Source: a virus
Taxonomy: Duplodnaviria; Caudoviricetes
DNA: 64,000 nt
Virus record (IMG/VR): IMGVR_UViG_3300025724_000001
Span: 32,001-96,000 of that record
Direction: 5' to 3' (one strand)
In this document: positions 41,494 to 51,593 of the stretch, in pieces
Layout of the letters: each line of letters starts with the position of its first letter
Position numbering within the stretch: the stretch's first letter is position 1
The notes under the pieces: model-generated
The model's database searches: none
The model's input: only the letters and a program-made list of their open reading frames with translations
Told to the model about the DNA's origin: nothing
Made by a program: the position numbers and the translations under genes

Positions 41494-43473
41494 ATGGGGT
41501 TTTTAGTTGCAAATGTTTCAGAAAATTTAGCTGGTCGAATAACGAATAAAGGAAGAAAGAAAATTGCACAGGGCAATTTCAATATTACTTATTTTCAAGT
41601 GGGCGATTCTGAATATGACTATACACTACCGTTTTATGAATTTAATGGAGATGAAAATCCGGGTCAAAAAGTGTTGATGCCATTTGATAAAGATTCTCAA
41701 GTTAAATATCCTTACAAGTATAGTGAATCGTCAATAAGTGGGACAACATATGGAACACCAGTACAATCAGTTCAAATGGATAGAATTACAAATTATTTAA
41801 GTGCTGTTGGTTTTGTTTCGGATTATAATGAATCAACGATTAATTCGACATATGAGCCTATAAATATTTCTAGAATAAATGGAAGCAATATTTTGTCTGT
41901 TTCAAACGGTACATTATATTATAATGTTGAATTTATTACAATATTATTTGGTGATTTAGGAATTGGTGGAACAATATCTGAGAATGTACATTCATCATTA
42001 ACATATAAGATTATTGATATTGTAAATGACAATTTACATTTGGATAGACCGATGCCGAATTTATCATTTTTGTCTGGTGATGTAACTATAGTATCTAACG
42101 CTTTATCTTCATTTAATCCGTGTATAGATCAAGAATATTCATGGGATTTGAATACTGTTTGGAGTAAAACACCAGCTGGGTTGGATCCAGCAATAGTTCC
42201 ATTAACAACATTCGATAGTAATGTTTTTGTATCAGCAAAAGAATATTTTGGATATAATACTTCATCAGGACAAACAGATAACACGTTAACAACAATTACA
42301 AATACTTTTGGGAATAAAATTATTGTCCCGCCAGAGGAACAACATTCTATTAGTATTTTACACTATTCTAAAGTGGGTGTAGCATCGTTAGACCCTGATT
42401 TACCATATAAATATGAAGATTACATCGGGCATAATGAGGATGAAACAGAATATTTTGAAATTTATATTCCTTTCATATTATATGATAGAAATACAACCAC
42501 AACTATTGGTGCAAGATTTTTTATGGATACTGAAGATTTTTATATAAATTCAACAGCAATAGATACCAGACCAAATCAAATGAAGTTTAGATATTTAATT
42601 GACGAACAGGGTGTGAAAGTTGGTAAAGTTTTTGTAAATCATAAAGTAATTATTTTTGATGATCAAGAAATTGTTGCGGCATTGGATTATAAATCGAATA
42701 GGAATTATACATTACCAATACCACAAATTTCAACTATTCCAATTGATTCAAAATGTGATGATCATGGAAACTCATTAATTCCATTATTAAGTGGTGGTAC
42801 TACTGGTCAAACTGTATTTGTCACATATCTTTTACAACATCAAGCGTCGGGTGATTCACAATTATCTGGTATGTGTTGTAATTACTATTCTAAAATTTCA
42901 AATAGTATCGTTGATAGTGATGTTTCAATTAAATTTGATACTGATGATTTTCAATTCATGAGGTCAACTTTTTCTGATGTAACAAATGGATATATTGCAG
43001 ACACTTTCCAAATACTTGTACAGGTTGTCAATACGGGTGAGCAGCCAGATCCAACATTATGGAAAATAATTGATTTTACAGATCAGATACCTAACCATAC
43101 TCCCGGAACATTAATAAATCCGACAACTCTTCGTGATACACGATTTATTATCACTAGTTATGATTATGAAAATGCTGGATTATATGTTATACCAGAAACA
43201 CATTTTGGTGATTTTCAATCATTTCCGGGTAGCATTAAAGTTGCGAGGGTAACAGATATGGAAGTTATGAGATTTTTGGTGAATTTACCTTCCGGTTATT
43301 TTGAAACAACACAGAATCCATCATATGATACCACAGCAATACCCGCAATACCAAAAAGAATTACAGAAGTGGCTTTATTAGATGAAAATAAAGACGTACT
43401 TGTTATTGCTAAAGCGTCAAGTCCAATAGAAAAGGTTGGTACAATAGTTTTAGCAGTTCAATTAGATATTTAA
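41494..43473 (+). CDS. Baseplate/tail-fibre attachment protein (tail-collar-fibre-like domain split by a large insertion)
   Basis: N-terminal ITNKGRKKIA...ITYFQVGD and C-terminal ITEVALLDE...LVIAK motifs. Confidence 0.6.
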   Translation: MGFLVANVSENLAGRITNKGRKKIAQGNFNITYFQVGDSEYDYTLPFYEFNGDENPGQKVLMPFDKDSQVKYPYKYSESSISGTTYGTPVQSVQMDRITNYLSAVGFVSDYNESTINSTYEPINISRINGSNILSVSNGTLYYNVEFITILFGDLGIGGTISENVHSSLTYKIIDIVNDNLHLDRPMPNLSFLSGDVTIVSNALSSFNPCIDQEYSWDLNTVWSKTPAGLDPAIVPLTTFDSNVFVSAKEYFGYNTSSGQTDNTLTTITNTFGNKIIVPPEEQHSISILHYSKVGVASLDPDLPYKYEDYIGHNEDETEYFEIYIPFILYDRNTTTTIGARFFMDTEDFYINSTAIDTRPNQMKFRYLIDEQGVKVGKVFVNHKVIIFDDQEIVAALDYKSNRNYTLPIPQISTIPIDSKCDDHGNSLIPLLSGGTTGQTVFVTYLLQHQASGDSQLSGMCCNYYSKISNSIVDSDVSIKFDTDDFQFMRSTFSDVTNGYIADTFQILVQVVNTGEQPDPTLWKIIDFTDQIPNHTPGTLINPTTLRDTRFIITSYDYENAGLYVIPETHFGDFQSFPGSIKVARVTDMEVMRFLVNLPSGYFETTQNPSYDTTAIPAIPKRITEVALLDENKDVLVIAKASSPIEKVGTIVLAVQLDI

Positions 43474-43525
43474 GCTTTACAAAACAAAAAATATTTTATA
43501 ATATTTAATGTTTTATGATTAATCT

Positions 43526-43542
43526 GTGATAAAATTTATCAC
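43526..43542. promoter_or_regulatory. Perfect inverted repeat GTGATAAA-A-TTTATCAC, possible operator
   Basis: Intergenic at the structural/replication boundary, 31 nt upstream of ruvC. Confidence 0.4.
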
Positions 43543-43573
43543 CTTGGTTGTGGTTTAAAATATTATTTACTAA

Positions 43574-44179
43574 ATGGAGAATGAATTAAAATTAAAAAAC
43601 AAACCAAAAATTTTAGGTCTTGACATATCAAGTAAAACCATTGGGTGGGCTTTATTTGACATGACAACATCAACATTATTAGAGGCTTCTCATTTTACAC
43701 CAAAGATAAAACCCCAGCCAGAAGATAAAATTGAAGAATTATTATTAAAAGCCGAGGCATTTAAAAAACATCTTGAGAAGTATAAGGATTATGGTATTAT
43801 AAAAATTATTATCGAAGAACCATTATTGAATTCAAATAATATATATACTGTGGGAACACTTATACGTTATAATTCAATGATACTTAAAATTTGTTATGAT
43901 ATTTTTAAAGTAGTCCCAACATTTATATCAACATATAATGCCAGAAAATTCGCATTTCCGGATCTGGTACGTGATAATGGTAAAGGAAAAAATGTATTAT
44001 TCGGTGGGTTTCCAAAAGATATTGACAAAAAACATATTATATGGGAACATGTTAATGCTGTTTGTCCCGAAATTAACTGGATTAGGGATAAAAACGGAAA
44101 ATTAAAAAAAGAAAGTTATGATATTAGTGATAGTGTGACGTGTGTTATTGGTTATATTAACATGATAAAACAACAATGA
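43574..44179 (+). CDS. RuvC-like Holliday junction resolvase
   Basis: ILGLDISSKTIGWA, IIIEEP, DISDS catalytic acidic residues. Confidence 0.85.
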   Translation: MENELKLKNKPKILGLDISSKTIGWALFDMTTSTLLEASHFTPKIKPQPEDKIEELLLKAEAFKKHLEKYKDYGIIKIIIEEPLLNSNNIYTVGTLIRYNSMILKICYDIFKVVPTFISTYNARKFAFPDLVRDNGKGKNVLFGGFPKDIDKKHIIWEHVNAVCPEINWIRDKNGKLKKESYDISDSVTCVIGYINMIKQQ

Positions 44180-44213
44180 GCTCTTCATGTCTTTTTATAT
44201 ATTTTTTTGTGTG

Positions 44214-44250
44214 AAGTGGGTGAAAAAAACGATTTTCCACCCACTTTTTT
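44214..44250 (+). terminator. Intrinsic terminator
   Basis: AAGTGGGTG...CACCCACTT followed by a T run. Confidence 0.8.
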
Positions 44251-44296
44251 AGTTTTAATTTTTTTTTCTCATTTTTTTTACTTATAATTTAATATT

Positions 44297-45238
44297 ATGG
44301 TCGAAACGGACGTTAAATATGACATGATCGTTGATCTCTTAATTGATATTTTGGGTGATTATAAGTATCATAATGAGCGGGCAGGACAAATTGCATTTTC
44401 TTGTCCAGTATGTAGTTATGAAATTAAAGGTTTGGATCATTTGGACGGCAAAGGAAATTTGGAAGTTAATTATATTGAGGGTGTATATAAATGTTGGGCC
44501 TGTTCCGAAAGTCACGATACACATGGAACATTAAGAAAATTAATACGAAAGTATGGGAATTATAAGCAATTAAAAAAATATCAATTACTTATACCCGACA
44601 CAAAACCTAGTGTAGGAAAAAAAATATATAGTAGAGTGAGACTCCCAAAAGAATTTATTTCGTTAAAAGATGTTAGTGGTGGTATTAAACTAACTCATTA
44701 TTATAAATCGGCAATTAACTATCTCACAGAGAGAAATGTCACGGAAAAAATAATTAATAAATACAATATTGGTTTTTGTTATAACGGTGATTATGCAAAT
44801 AGAATAATAATACCGTCATATGATATTGATGGATGTGTAAATTATTTTACAGCTAGATCGTATGAAAAAAAACCGAAACGTAAATATATGAATCCTGAAG
44901 CTGAAAAAGATGCAATTATTTTCAATGAGTATCTAATTGATTGGAATAAACCAATTAATTTAGTTGAAGGTCCGTTTGATCATATTTTTGTTGATAATTC
45001 AATTCCAATGTTAGGAAAAAAAATGAGTGATTTGCTATTTGATAGACTTTATAATAACGCAAATAAGATAACAATAATACTTGATGGTGATGCATGGGCT
45101 GATGCCGAGAAACTTTATTATAAATTAAATGGTGGAAAGTTATTTGGAAAGATATGGGTTGTTAAATTACCAATTGATAAAGATATTGCAGAATTGTGTG
45201 GAAATTTAAATGAATATAAGCCATTTCAAATAGATTGA
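44297..45238 (+). CDS. DNA primase (Zn finger + TOPRIM)
   Basis: CPVC...CWAC; RIIIP, KYMNP, LVEGPFD, LDGDA. Confidence 0.9.
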   Translation: MVETDVKYDMIVDLLIDILGDYKYHNERAGQIAFSCPVCSYEIKGLDHLDGKGNLEVNYIEGVYKCWACSESHDTHGTLRKLIRKYGNYKQLKKYQLLIPDTKPSVGKKIYSRVRLPKEFISLKDVSGGIKLTHYYKSAINYLTERNVTEKIINKYNIGFCYNGDYANRIIIPSYDIDGCVNYFTARSYEKKPKRKYMNPEAEKDAIIFNEYLIDWNKPINLVEGPFDHIFVDNSIPMLGKKMSDLLFDRLYNNANKITIILDGDAWADAEKLYYKLNGGKLFGKIWVVKLPIDKDIAELCGNLNEYKPFQID

Positions 45239-45241
45239 ATT

Positions 45242-45523
45242 ATGACTACTAGGGAATTATATTTTAAGGTGAAATATTTGGCGGATGATAACCCATGTGC
45301 TTGTCTGGGATATACATTTGAAGATGAAAATGGTATGATTCGAGTTAGTGGTGGAAGTTTATTTATATCATTTCATGATGATATGAAAAAAACATTTGAG
45401 GAGATTGATAATATTGAAAAAACTCCCGGTTTCATGTTTTGGAATAATTCTGAAGAAGGAGAAAAGTTTTTAGAAAATTTTTTTAGAAAATATGGTAAAC
45501 AATTAATAAAATTATGGATTTAA
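45242..45523 (+). CDS. Hypothetical protein
   Basis: Operon-embedded ORF. Confidence 0.65.
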   Translation: MTTRELYFKVKYLADDNPCACLGYTFEDENGMIRVSGGSLFISFHDDMKKTFEEIDNIEKTPGFMFWNNSEEGEKFLENFFRKYGKQLIKLWI

Positions 45524-46365
45524 AAGAATTGGCAATAGAAATTAGAGAGGCATTAAAAGAAAGAAGAAATAATATTGGTTTATCTTTTGTTGAAAATAAA
45601 CACATATATTATATGCGTGATATTAACGGAAATTTCACCACTAAATTTCCGTCTGTTTCTAAAATAATTAAGAATTTTTATAAACCTTTTGATGCTCAAG
45701 GAATATCGCTTAGAATGTCTAAAGGTGACCTTGAAGAACAAAAAAGATTATTAGCCGAATGGAAAAAAGCTGGGGAGGATTCAGTTAATTTGGGTAGTCG
45801 GGCACATTATGAAATGGAAAAATTTGTTGTCGAACAATATAATGATTTTAAAGAAGTAAGACGCCCAAAATTTTATTGTACGGATGAACAGATTATTAGA
45901 AGTGATAAAATGATTGAGGCGGGGAAAAATTTTATTAATCTTATGCATGAAAGGGGTGCTGTTTTGGTTGATACTGAAATGGTGATGGGAGATCCGGAAT
46001 TGGGTTATGTTGGTCAGTCTGATAACACTTGGATAATGATGAATAAAGATATGAATGATTTTGGTTTTGTTATTACTGATTATAAAAGTAATCAACCAAA
46101 AAATTTTGAGGTAATGCCTTATACTGAAAAATTGTATCCACCATTTCAGGATTATCCGGACAATGCTCTTGGTCATTATTATTTACAGATACCATTGTAT
46201 GGGAAATTATTAATGAAAATGTTGGAAGGAAGTAGATTTGAAAACAACAAATTTCTTGGTGGTGTTATTGTATTATTGAAAGATGATGGGAATTTTGTTG
46301 AATATAAAGTACCGCAGTCAATAATAACAACAATGATGAATTTAAATCTTAAACAATTTTTATAA
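45514..46365 (+). CDS. PD-(D/E)XK exonuclease (RecB-like; lacks the Cas4 Fe-S cysteines)
   Basis: PSVS, GSRAH, TE..GQSD, ITDYKS, YYLQIPLY. Confidence 0.8.
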   Translation: MDLKELAIEIREALKERRNNIGLSFVENKHIYYMRDINGNFTTKFPSVSKIIKNFYKPFDAQGISLRMSKGDLEEQKRLLAEWKKAGEDSVNLGSRAHYEMEKFVVEQYNDFKEVRRPKFYCTDEQIIRSDKMIEAGKNFINLMHERGAVLVDTEMVMGDPELGYVGQSDNTWIMMNKDMNDFGFVITDYKSNQPKNFEVMPYTEKLYPPFQDYPDNALGHYYLQIPLYGKLLMKMLEGSRFENNKFLGGVIVLLKDDGNFVEYKVPQSIITTMMNLNLKQFL

Positions 46366-46366
46366 T

Positions 46367-47188
46367 ATGGTTAAAAAAATAGTACATATTTCGGATATTC
46401 ATATCAGAACAAATCAATTACACGATTTATATAAAAGACAATTTGAATTGTTTTTTAATGATTTACAAAAAAAATTATACACAGATGTGGATAATAAATT
46501 TCAAGTGTGTGATTATAGAATAGTAATTACTGGTGATTTATTTCATCAAAAAATAAACATATCGAATGAATTGATAATGTTGGTTTCTTGGTTTATTGAC
46601 AAGTTGACGGATTTGGGTCATGTTGTTATTATTCCAGGTAATCACGATTTTTTAGTTAATAATACCGAACGACTTGATAGTATAACTCCAATTGTGGAAT
46701 TATTAGATAAACCAGATAAAATATACTATTATAACGAAAGTGATGTGTATAAAGATGATGGGATATATTGGGTTGTTTATTCATTATATCAAAATAATCA
46801 AAGACCAAAATTTGAAAAGGAAGTTGGTGTTTATCATGTGGGGTTATTTCACGGCCCAATACAGGGTTTATCAACTGATCTAGGTTATAAGTTTGATGAT
46901 GGTTATGATACGTTAAATTTTGTTGATTTAGATCTTTTACTATGTGGAGATATACACAAAAGACAAAAATTTAAATTACCTGATGGTGGTGATGCTATAA
47001 TGATTGGTAGTTTTATACAGCAAGATTTTGGTGAAACTGTAAACCATCATGGATATGGAATATTTGATATGGAAACAAAAGAATATACTTTCCATGATTT
47101 ACCAAATGAACAACCATTTTTACATTTTAAGTTAAATGACATTAAAGATATTGAAACCGAAAGTGAGCGTCTCATTAATCTTGGATGA
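46367..47188 (+). CDS. SbcD/Mre11 (T4 gp47-like) nuclease subunit
   Basis: HISDIH, TGDLFH, PGNHD, FHGP, GDIHKRQ, GSFIQQDFGE. Confidence 0.9.
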   Translation: MVKKIVHISDIHIRTNQLHDLYKRQFELFFNDLQKKLYTDVDNKFQVCDYRIVITGDLFHQKINISNELIMLVSWFIDKLTDLGHVVIIPGNHDFLVNNTERLDSITPIVELLDKPDKIYYYNESDVYKDDGIYWVVYSLYQNNQRPKFEKEVGVYHVGLFHGPIQGLSTDLGYKFDDGYDTLNFVDLDLLLCGDIHKRQKFKLPDGGDAIMIGSFIQQDFGETVNHHGYGIFDMETKEYTFHDLPNEQPFLHFKLNDIKDIETESERLINLG

Positions 47189-47381
47189 TGAGTTTATTCA
47201 ATATTGTGAGTTAAATAACATTGAAGATATTGAAAAATTTGCCAGAGAAATATTCAATCGCGGATTTACTATTTTGAAATATGGGGAAAAACCACAAATT
47301 AAAGAAAATAAAGTGGTAACACCATCTAAGGTTGTCAGAACAAATGTGATGAAGGATAATATTAATCTTTATGATGAATAA
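47163..47381 (+). CDS. Hypothetical protein (start uncertain)
   Basis: ORF overlapping the sbcD end; GTG at 47163 is a plausible start. Confidence 0.6.
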   Translation: MSVSLILDDEFIQYCELNNIEDIEKFAREIFNRGFTILKYGEKPQIKENKVVTPSKVVRTNVMKDNINLYDE

Positions 47382-47394
47382 AATAAATTAAACT

Positions 47395-47706
47395 ATGATA
47401 AAAATAATTTTGTGGGTAATAATTGCTTATGGGATATCAACAATTATTACTGCAGGTGCGATTTTTGAAAAACCGCGTATGTGGATAATAAAGAAATCAG
47501 ATTTCTGGGGTGATTTTATTACTTGTATGTTGTGTATCCCAACGTGGGTGGGGTTTTTTCTGTCATTTGTGTTAGGTGGGCTCACTACCGAATGTTTTGG
47601 CGTTAGTCCGTATGTTGGATGGTTCTTTGATGGGATGTTCACTGCGGGTGCCGTATGGGCCATAAACTCTCTAATAGAATTTTTTGAGGAGAGTAGAATA
47701 AAATAA
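47395..47706 (+). CDS. Membrane protein with CxxCxxxW motif (DUF1360-like)
   Basis: IFEKPR...FITCMLCIPTWVG; three hydrophobic segments. Confidence 0.65.
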   Translation: MIKIILWVIIAYGISTIITAGAIFEKPRMWIIKKSDFWGDFITCMLCIPTWVGFFLSFVLGGLTTECFGVSPYVGWFFDGMFTAGAVWAINSLIEFFEESRIK

Positions 47707-47712
47707 TTATTT

Positions 47713-48441
47713 ATGTCTAAAAAAAGAAAATTAAAAAATGAAAGTTATAATGATAAAGAATTAAAAGAATTTTGTATAAGACACGGAAAAGAAATATTTG
47801 GTTTCGATGTAAGACTTAATTATGAAGATCCTGAATATGGAATTGATTTGGTTGCTGTGCATGATCCAACAATTGGGATTGAATTAGAAAGAGCCGGTTC
47901 GATTTATAGTTTTTGGGATGATCATGAGGGTTATCAATATAAGATGGATTATGATTTTAAACATATTAATATGGAAATAGATCGAAAAGGTCATTTTTTT
48001 CAGGAATATCATTTAAAATATCCTGAAGAATTACCGGCCGAATGGAATCCTATGGTTTATAATCCTAGTTACAATAAAAATATGTTTTTTAGGATATCTT
48101 TTCATTTTCATCAAGGAATTTTAGTACCAAACGATGTTATTAGAAATCCAGAAAAAACGCTTTTATGTTGGAAAAAGGTAAAAAACAATTTTTCTAATAG
48201 GGAAGAACATTGGGCTTCGTGGAAGAAAGAAGACACAATTACATTCAATTATATAGATGGTAAAATGGTGAGGGAAACAGATGATCCGTCCACACATTTA
48301 CCATCTATTTCTGATGAGAAATTAAAATTTTTGAAAAAAGAAAAAATAAGAATAAAAGCAGAAGCAAAGAAAAAAGAAAATGAGGAAAAATTAAAAAGAG
48401 CAACGGAAGTTTATAAAAATTCGAAGAAACATGACAAATAA
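47713..48441 (+). CDS. Hypothetical protein, possible PD-(D/E)XK-like endonuclease
   Basis: YGIDLV...IGIELER; basic C-terminal tail. Confidence 0.5.
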   Translation: MSKKRKLKNESYNDKELKEFCIRHGKEIFGFDVRLNYEDPEYGIDLVAVHDPTIGIELERAGSIYSFWDDHEGYQYKMDYDFKHINMEIDRKGHFFQEYHLKYPEELPAEWNPMVYNPSYNKNMFFRISFHFHQGILVPNDVIRNPEKTLLCWKKVKNNFSNREEHWASWKKEDTITFNYIDGKMVRETDDPSTHLPSISDEKLKFLKKEKIRIKAEAKKKENEEKLKRATEVYKNSKKHDK

Positions 48442-50773
48442 AAATCCATTTATTAAAGTTGAGTGGGAAGACACACCCGAAAATTTGACTCAAGAAAGAA
48501 TTAAACGTGTAAAAGAGTATTTTAAGAAAAAATACAATGCCACTAACGTAAAGGTTAATACAATAATATCTAATACGGCAGCAAATGTAAAATTAAAATC
48601 TTTAGAAGCGACGGACAACATTTTAGATTATGAATATCAAAAAAAATTGGTAAAAGATTTTATTAAAGAGAATAAAATTAACATTAAATGGGATTTAATT
48701 AATCGGTTAGATAACCGGATTAATAATGAAATAGATAAGATTGAACAAAATAAGGCTAGATATAATAAATGGTATATAAAAAGGATAGAATTTTCCAATT
48801 TTCTTTCTTTTGGTGATGATAATGTTATTGATTTTACCGAACTTGATGGTATAACAGCAGTTGAATCTGAACCAAAAAATTTTGGCGGAAAATCAACTGC
48901 CACAGTTGATTTGTTAATGTTTTTATTTTTTAATTCAACATCGAAAACAAGGGTTGCTATTGATATATTCAACAAATTTAGGGATTGTGATGAAGTAAAG
49001 GTAAAGGGATATGTGACTATTGATGGTGATGATTATATTATTGAAAGAAAAATTATTCGTAAAAAAAGTAGGTCTGGGGAATATTCAACCAAAAATGAGT
49101 TGGAATTTTATAAAATTTCACATGATGATGGTGTTGTGAATTTATCTGGTGAGCAACGAAGAGAAACGGAAAAGTTTATTACTTCAGCTATTGGAACTGA
49201 AGAAGATTTTTTATCAACAATATTAACCACCGGACATAATCTTGAAGATTTAATTAACTCAAAACCAACTGCAAGAGGACAAATATTAACAAAATTTCTT
49301 GGATTAGAAACACTTAAAATCAAAGAAGAAAAATGTAAAGAAATTTTTAATGAATGGAGTAAAAAACTAGTTTCAAACACATATAATATTGTTCAGTTAG
49401 AGAGTGATAATGTACAGTATGAATCTATCATTAAAGAAACTGAAGAAAGTACGAAAAAACTTCAAATAAATTTATCTGAATTTGAAACGGAATTAGTTTC
49501 ATTGTCAGAAAAAAGAGATAAATTATTACAATCTAAGAATAATGATATAGATCAAGAATTGATTCGTACAAATCCGATTTTATTAAAAAAGGAAATTGGT
49601 GATTTAATTGAGAAGCAGATAAAAACAAAAGAAATGTCATCTGTTGTTATAGTTAAAGAACCCACACAATATTATTCAGAAGAAGAACACAATATTTTAA
49701 ATCGTCAAATTAGTGATATTCAAGTTACAATTGGTGTGCTGAAAAATAATATTAAGAGTAATGAAGAATATATCAAAAAATTGGAAAATAGTAGTATGTG
49801 TCCATACTGTAGAAGACCATTAGAGGGGGTTGATCATAAGAATAAGATTCATGAAACAAAAGAGACTATTGTGTCGTTAATTAATACCCAGACTGAAAAT
49901 GAGAAACAGAAAGATAATCTTGTAAAAAAGGAGGTCAAATATGCGACATTAAAAAAAGAATATGAAGAATATGAAAGGAATAAACTTCGTAAAGCCAAAT
50001 ATGACTTGGAGGTTGAACAAATGCAAATGGATATTGATAAATGTCAAAGTCGTTTAAATAACTATGAAAGTAATAAGAGTAAACTTGAAGAGAATCAAAG
50101 AATTGAAAGTGAAATTATTATTTTAAAGACAAAAATTGATACCGCAATAGCTGATATTAGTACAAGTAAGGTTAATATTGAAAAAAACAATAATAATGTC
50201 ACCAATTTGCGTGAGAAAATAAAAATAAATCATGAATTAATTGCGAAAATTAAAACGGAAGAAGAAATATCTACAACATTTAAAGTTTATTTGTTGATTT
50301 ATGGTAAAAATGGAATTTCGAAGGTTATTATGAGAAATATGATACCGTTATTAAATCAGGAGTTATATAGGATACTTCAAGATAGTTGTTATTTCACCCT
50401 GGAGATGAATATAAACGATCGAAATGAACTGGAGTTCCTGATGATTGATAATGAAACACGTGTCGTTAAATCTCTTAATTCGGGGTCTGGTTACGAAAAA
50501 ACAATATCATCATTGGCGTTAAGAAGTATATTAACAAAAGTATCTTCATTACCCAAGCCAAACATAATTGTAATGGATGAAGCTTTTAATGCGGTGGCGA
50601 ATGATAATCTTGAATTGGTTGGTGAATTTTTTAAGAAAATAAAGAATTATTTTGAACACATTTTTGTTATTTCACATAACCCATTAATTCGTAACTGGTC
50701 AGATAATTTAATTATGATAAGAAAAGACGAGAACGTATCATCAATAGATTACGTAAAAAATAAGATATTTTAA
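48431..50773 (+). CDS. SbcC/Rad50 (T4 gp46-like) ATPase
   Basis: NFLSFG, GGKST, coiled coil with CPYC zinc hook, SGYE signature, MDE Walker B, ISH. Confidence 0.92.
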   Translation: MTNKNPFIKVEWEDTPENLTQERIKRVKEYFKKKYNATNVKVNTIISNTAANVKLKSLEATDNILDYEYQKKLVKDFIKENKINIKWDLINRLDNRINNEIDKIEQNKARYNKWYIKRIEFSNFLSFGDDNVIDFTELDGITAVESEPKNFGGKSTATVDLLMFLFFNSTSKTRVAIDIFNKFRDCDEVKVKGYVTIDGDDYIIERKIIRKKSRSGEYSTKNELEFYKISHDDGVVNLSGEQRRETEKFITSAIGTEEDFLSTILTTGHNLEDLINSKPTARGQILTKFLGLETLKIKEEKCKEIFNEWSKKLVSNTYNIVQLESDNVQYESIIKETEESTKKLQINLSEFETELVSLSEKRDKLLQSKNNDIDQELIRTNPILLKKEIGDLIEKQIKTKEMSSVVIVKEPTQYYSEEEHNILNRQISDIQVTIGVLKNNIKSNEEYIKKLENSSMCPYCRRPLEGVDHKNKIHETKETIVSLINTQTENEKQKDNLVKKEVKYATLKKEYEEYERNKLRKAKYDLEVEQMQMDIDKCQSRLNNYESNKSKLEENQRIESEIIILKTKIDTAIADISTSKVNIEKNNNNVTNLREKIKINHELIAKIKTEEEISTTFKVYLLIYGKNGISKVIMRNMIPLLNQELYRILQDSCYFTLEMNINDRNELEFLMIDNETRVVKSLNSGSGYEKTISSLALRSILTKVSSLPKPNIIVMDEAFNAVANDNLELVGEFFKKIKNYFEHIFVISHNPLIRNWSDNLIMIRKDENVSSIDYVKNKIF

Positions 50774-50784
50774 TTGGTTATTTT

Positions 50785-51591
50785 ATGAAAAAAACAAGAA
50801 TCATCAATACAAATGAATTACAAAATTATTTAAAGGATTTAAAGAAAATACCGGTAATAACACATGAAAGACAAGATGAAATATTTAAAAAATTAAAAGA
50901 TAAAAATATCACAAAACAAGAAAAAGAAAAATTACATAATGAGTTAGTTGTTGGAAATTTACGATTTGTTGTTTCGGTAGCAAAACAATACCAAAACCAG
51001 GGTATGGATTTTTTAGATCTTATTTCTGAGGGAAATATGGGACTGTTAAAGGCTGTAGATAGATTTGATCCGTCAAGTGGTTTAAAATTTATATCATATG
51101 CTGTGTGGTGGGTGAAACAATCAATTATGGCATCATTGAACGAGAACTCAAGAACAATTCGAATACCTTCTAATTTAATACAAGACGCCCAAAAATCAAA
51201 ACAAGATGAATTTGACGATTATTATGGTTATCCAAATAGTTGTGTTAATGAAATAACATATTGTTTACCTTTTTGTGTTGCTTTAAGTACTGAAATAAAT
51301 GAGGATGGTGACGAATTAATTGATATTATACGTGATCCCAATGAACAAAATCCGGAAAATATTTTTCAATCTGCAGATGAAATTAGAAAAAGAGTGTCAG
51401 CAATATTAAGTGTGTTAGATGATAGAGAAAAAATAATTATTGAAAAATATTTTGGATTAAATGGTGTTGAGTCAAATCTTGATGATCTTGGTGAGGAATT
51501 TCATTGTACAAAAGAACGAATTCGTCAGTTGAAAGACAAAGCAATTAAGAAATTACGTAATGAGAGTTATTCATTATTGAAATATCTGTAA
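50785..51591 (+). CDS. Phage-encoded sigma70-family (RpoD-like) RNA polymerase sigma factor
   Basis: NLRFVVSVAKQY, DLISEGNMGL, FISYAVWW, TKERIRQ; no region 1.1. Confidence 0.92.
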   Translation: MKKTRIINTNELQNYLKDLKKIPVITHERQDEIFKKLKDKNITKQEKEKLHNELVVGNLRFVVSVAKQYQNQGMDFLDLISEGNMGLLKAVDRFDPSSGLKFISYAVWWVKQSIMASLNENSRTIRIPSNLIQDAQKSKQDEFDDYYGYPNSCVNEITYCLPFCVALSTEINEDGDELIDIIRDPNEQNPENIFQSADEIRKRVSAILSVLDDREKIIIEKYFGLNGVESNLDDLGEEFHCTKERIRQLKDKAIKKLRNESYSLLKYL

Positions 51592-51593
51592 AA

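Noticed and set aside
45514-46365. Cas4 / CRISPR system
   Set aside because: No four-Cys cluster, no array and no other cas genes; ordinary phage PD-(D/E)XK exonuclease.
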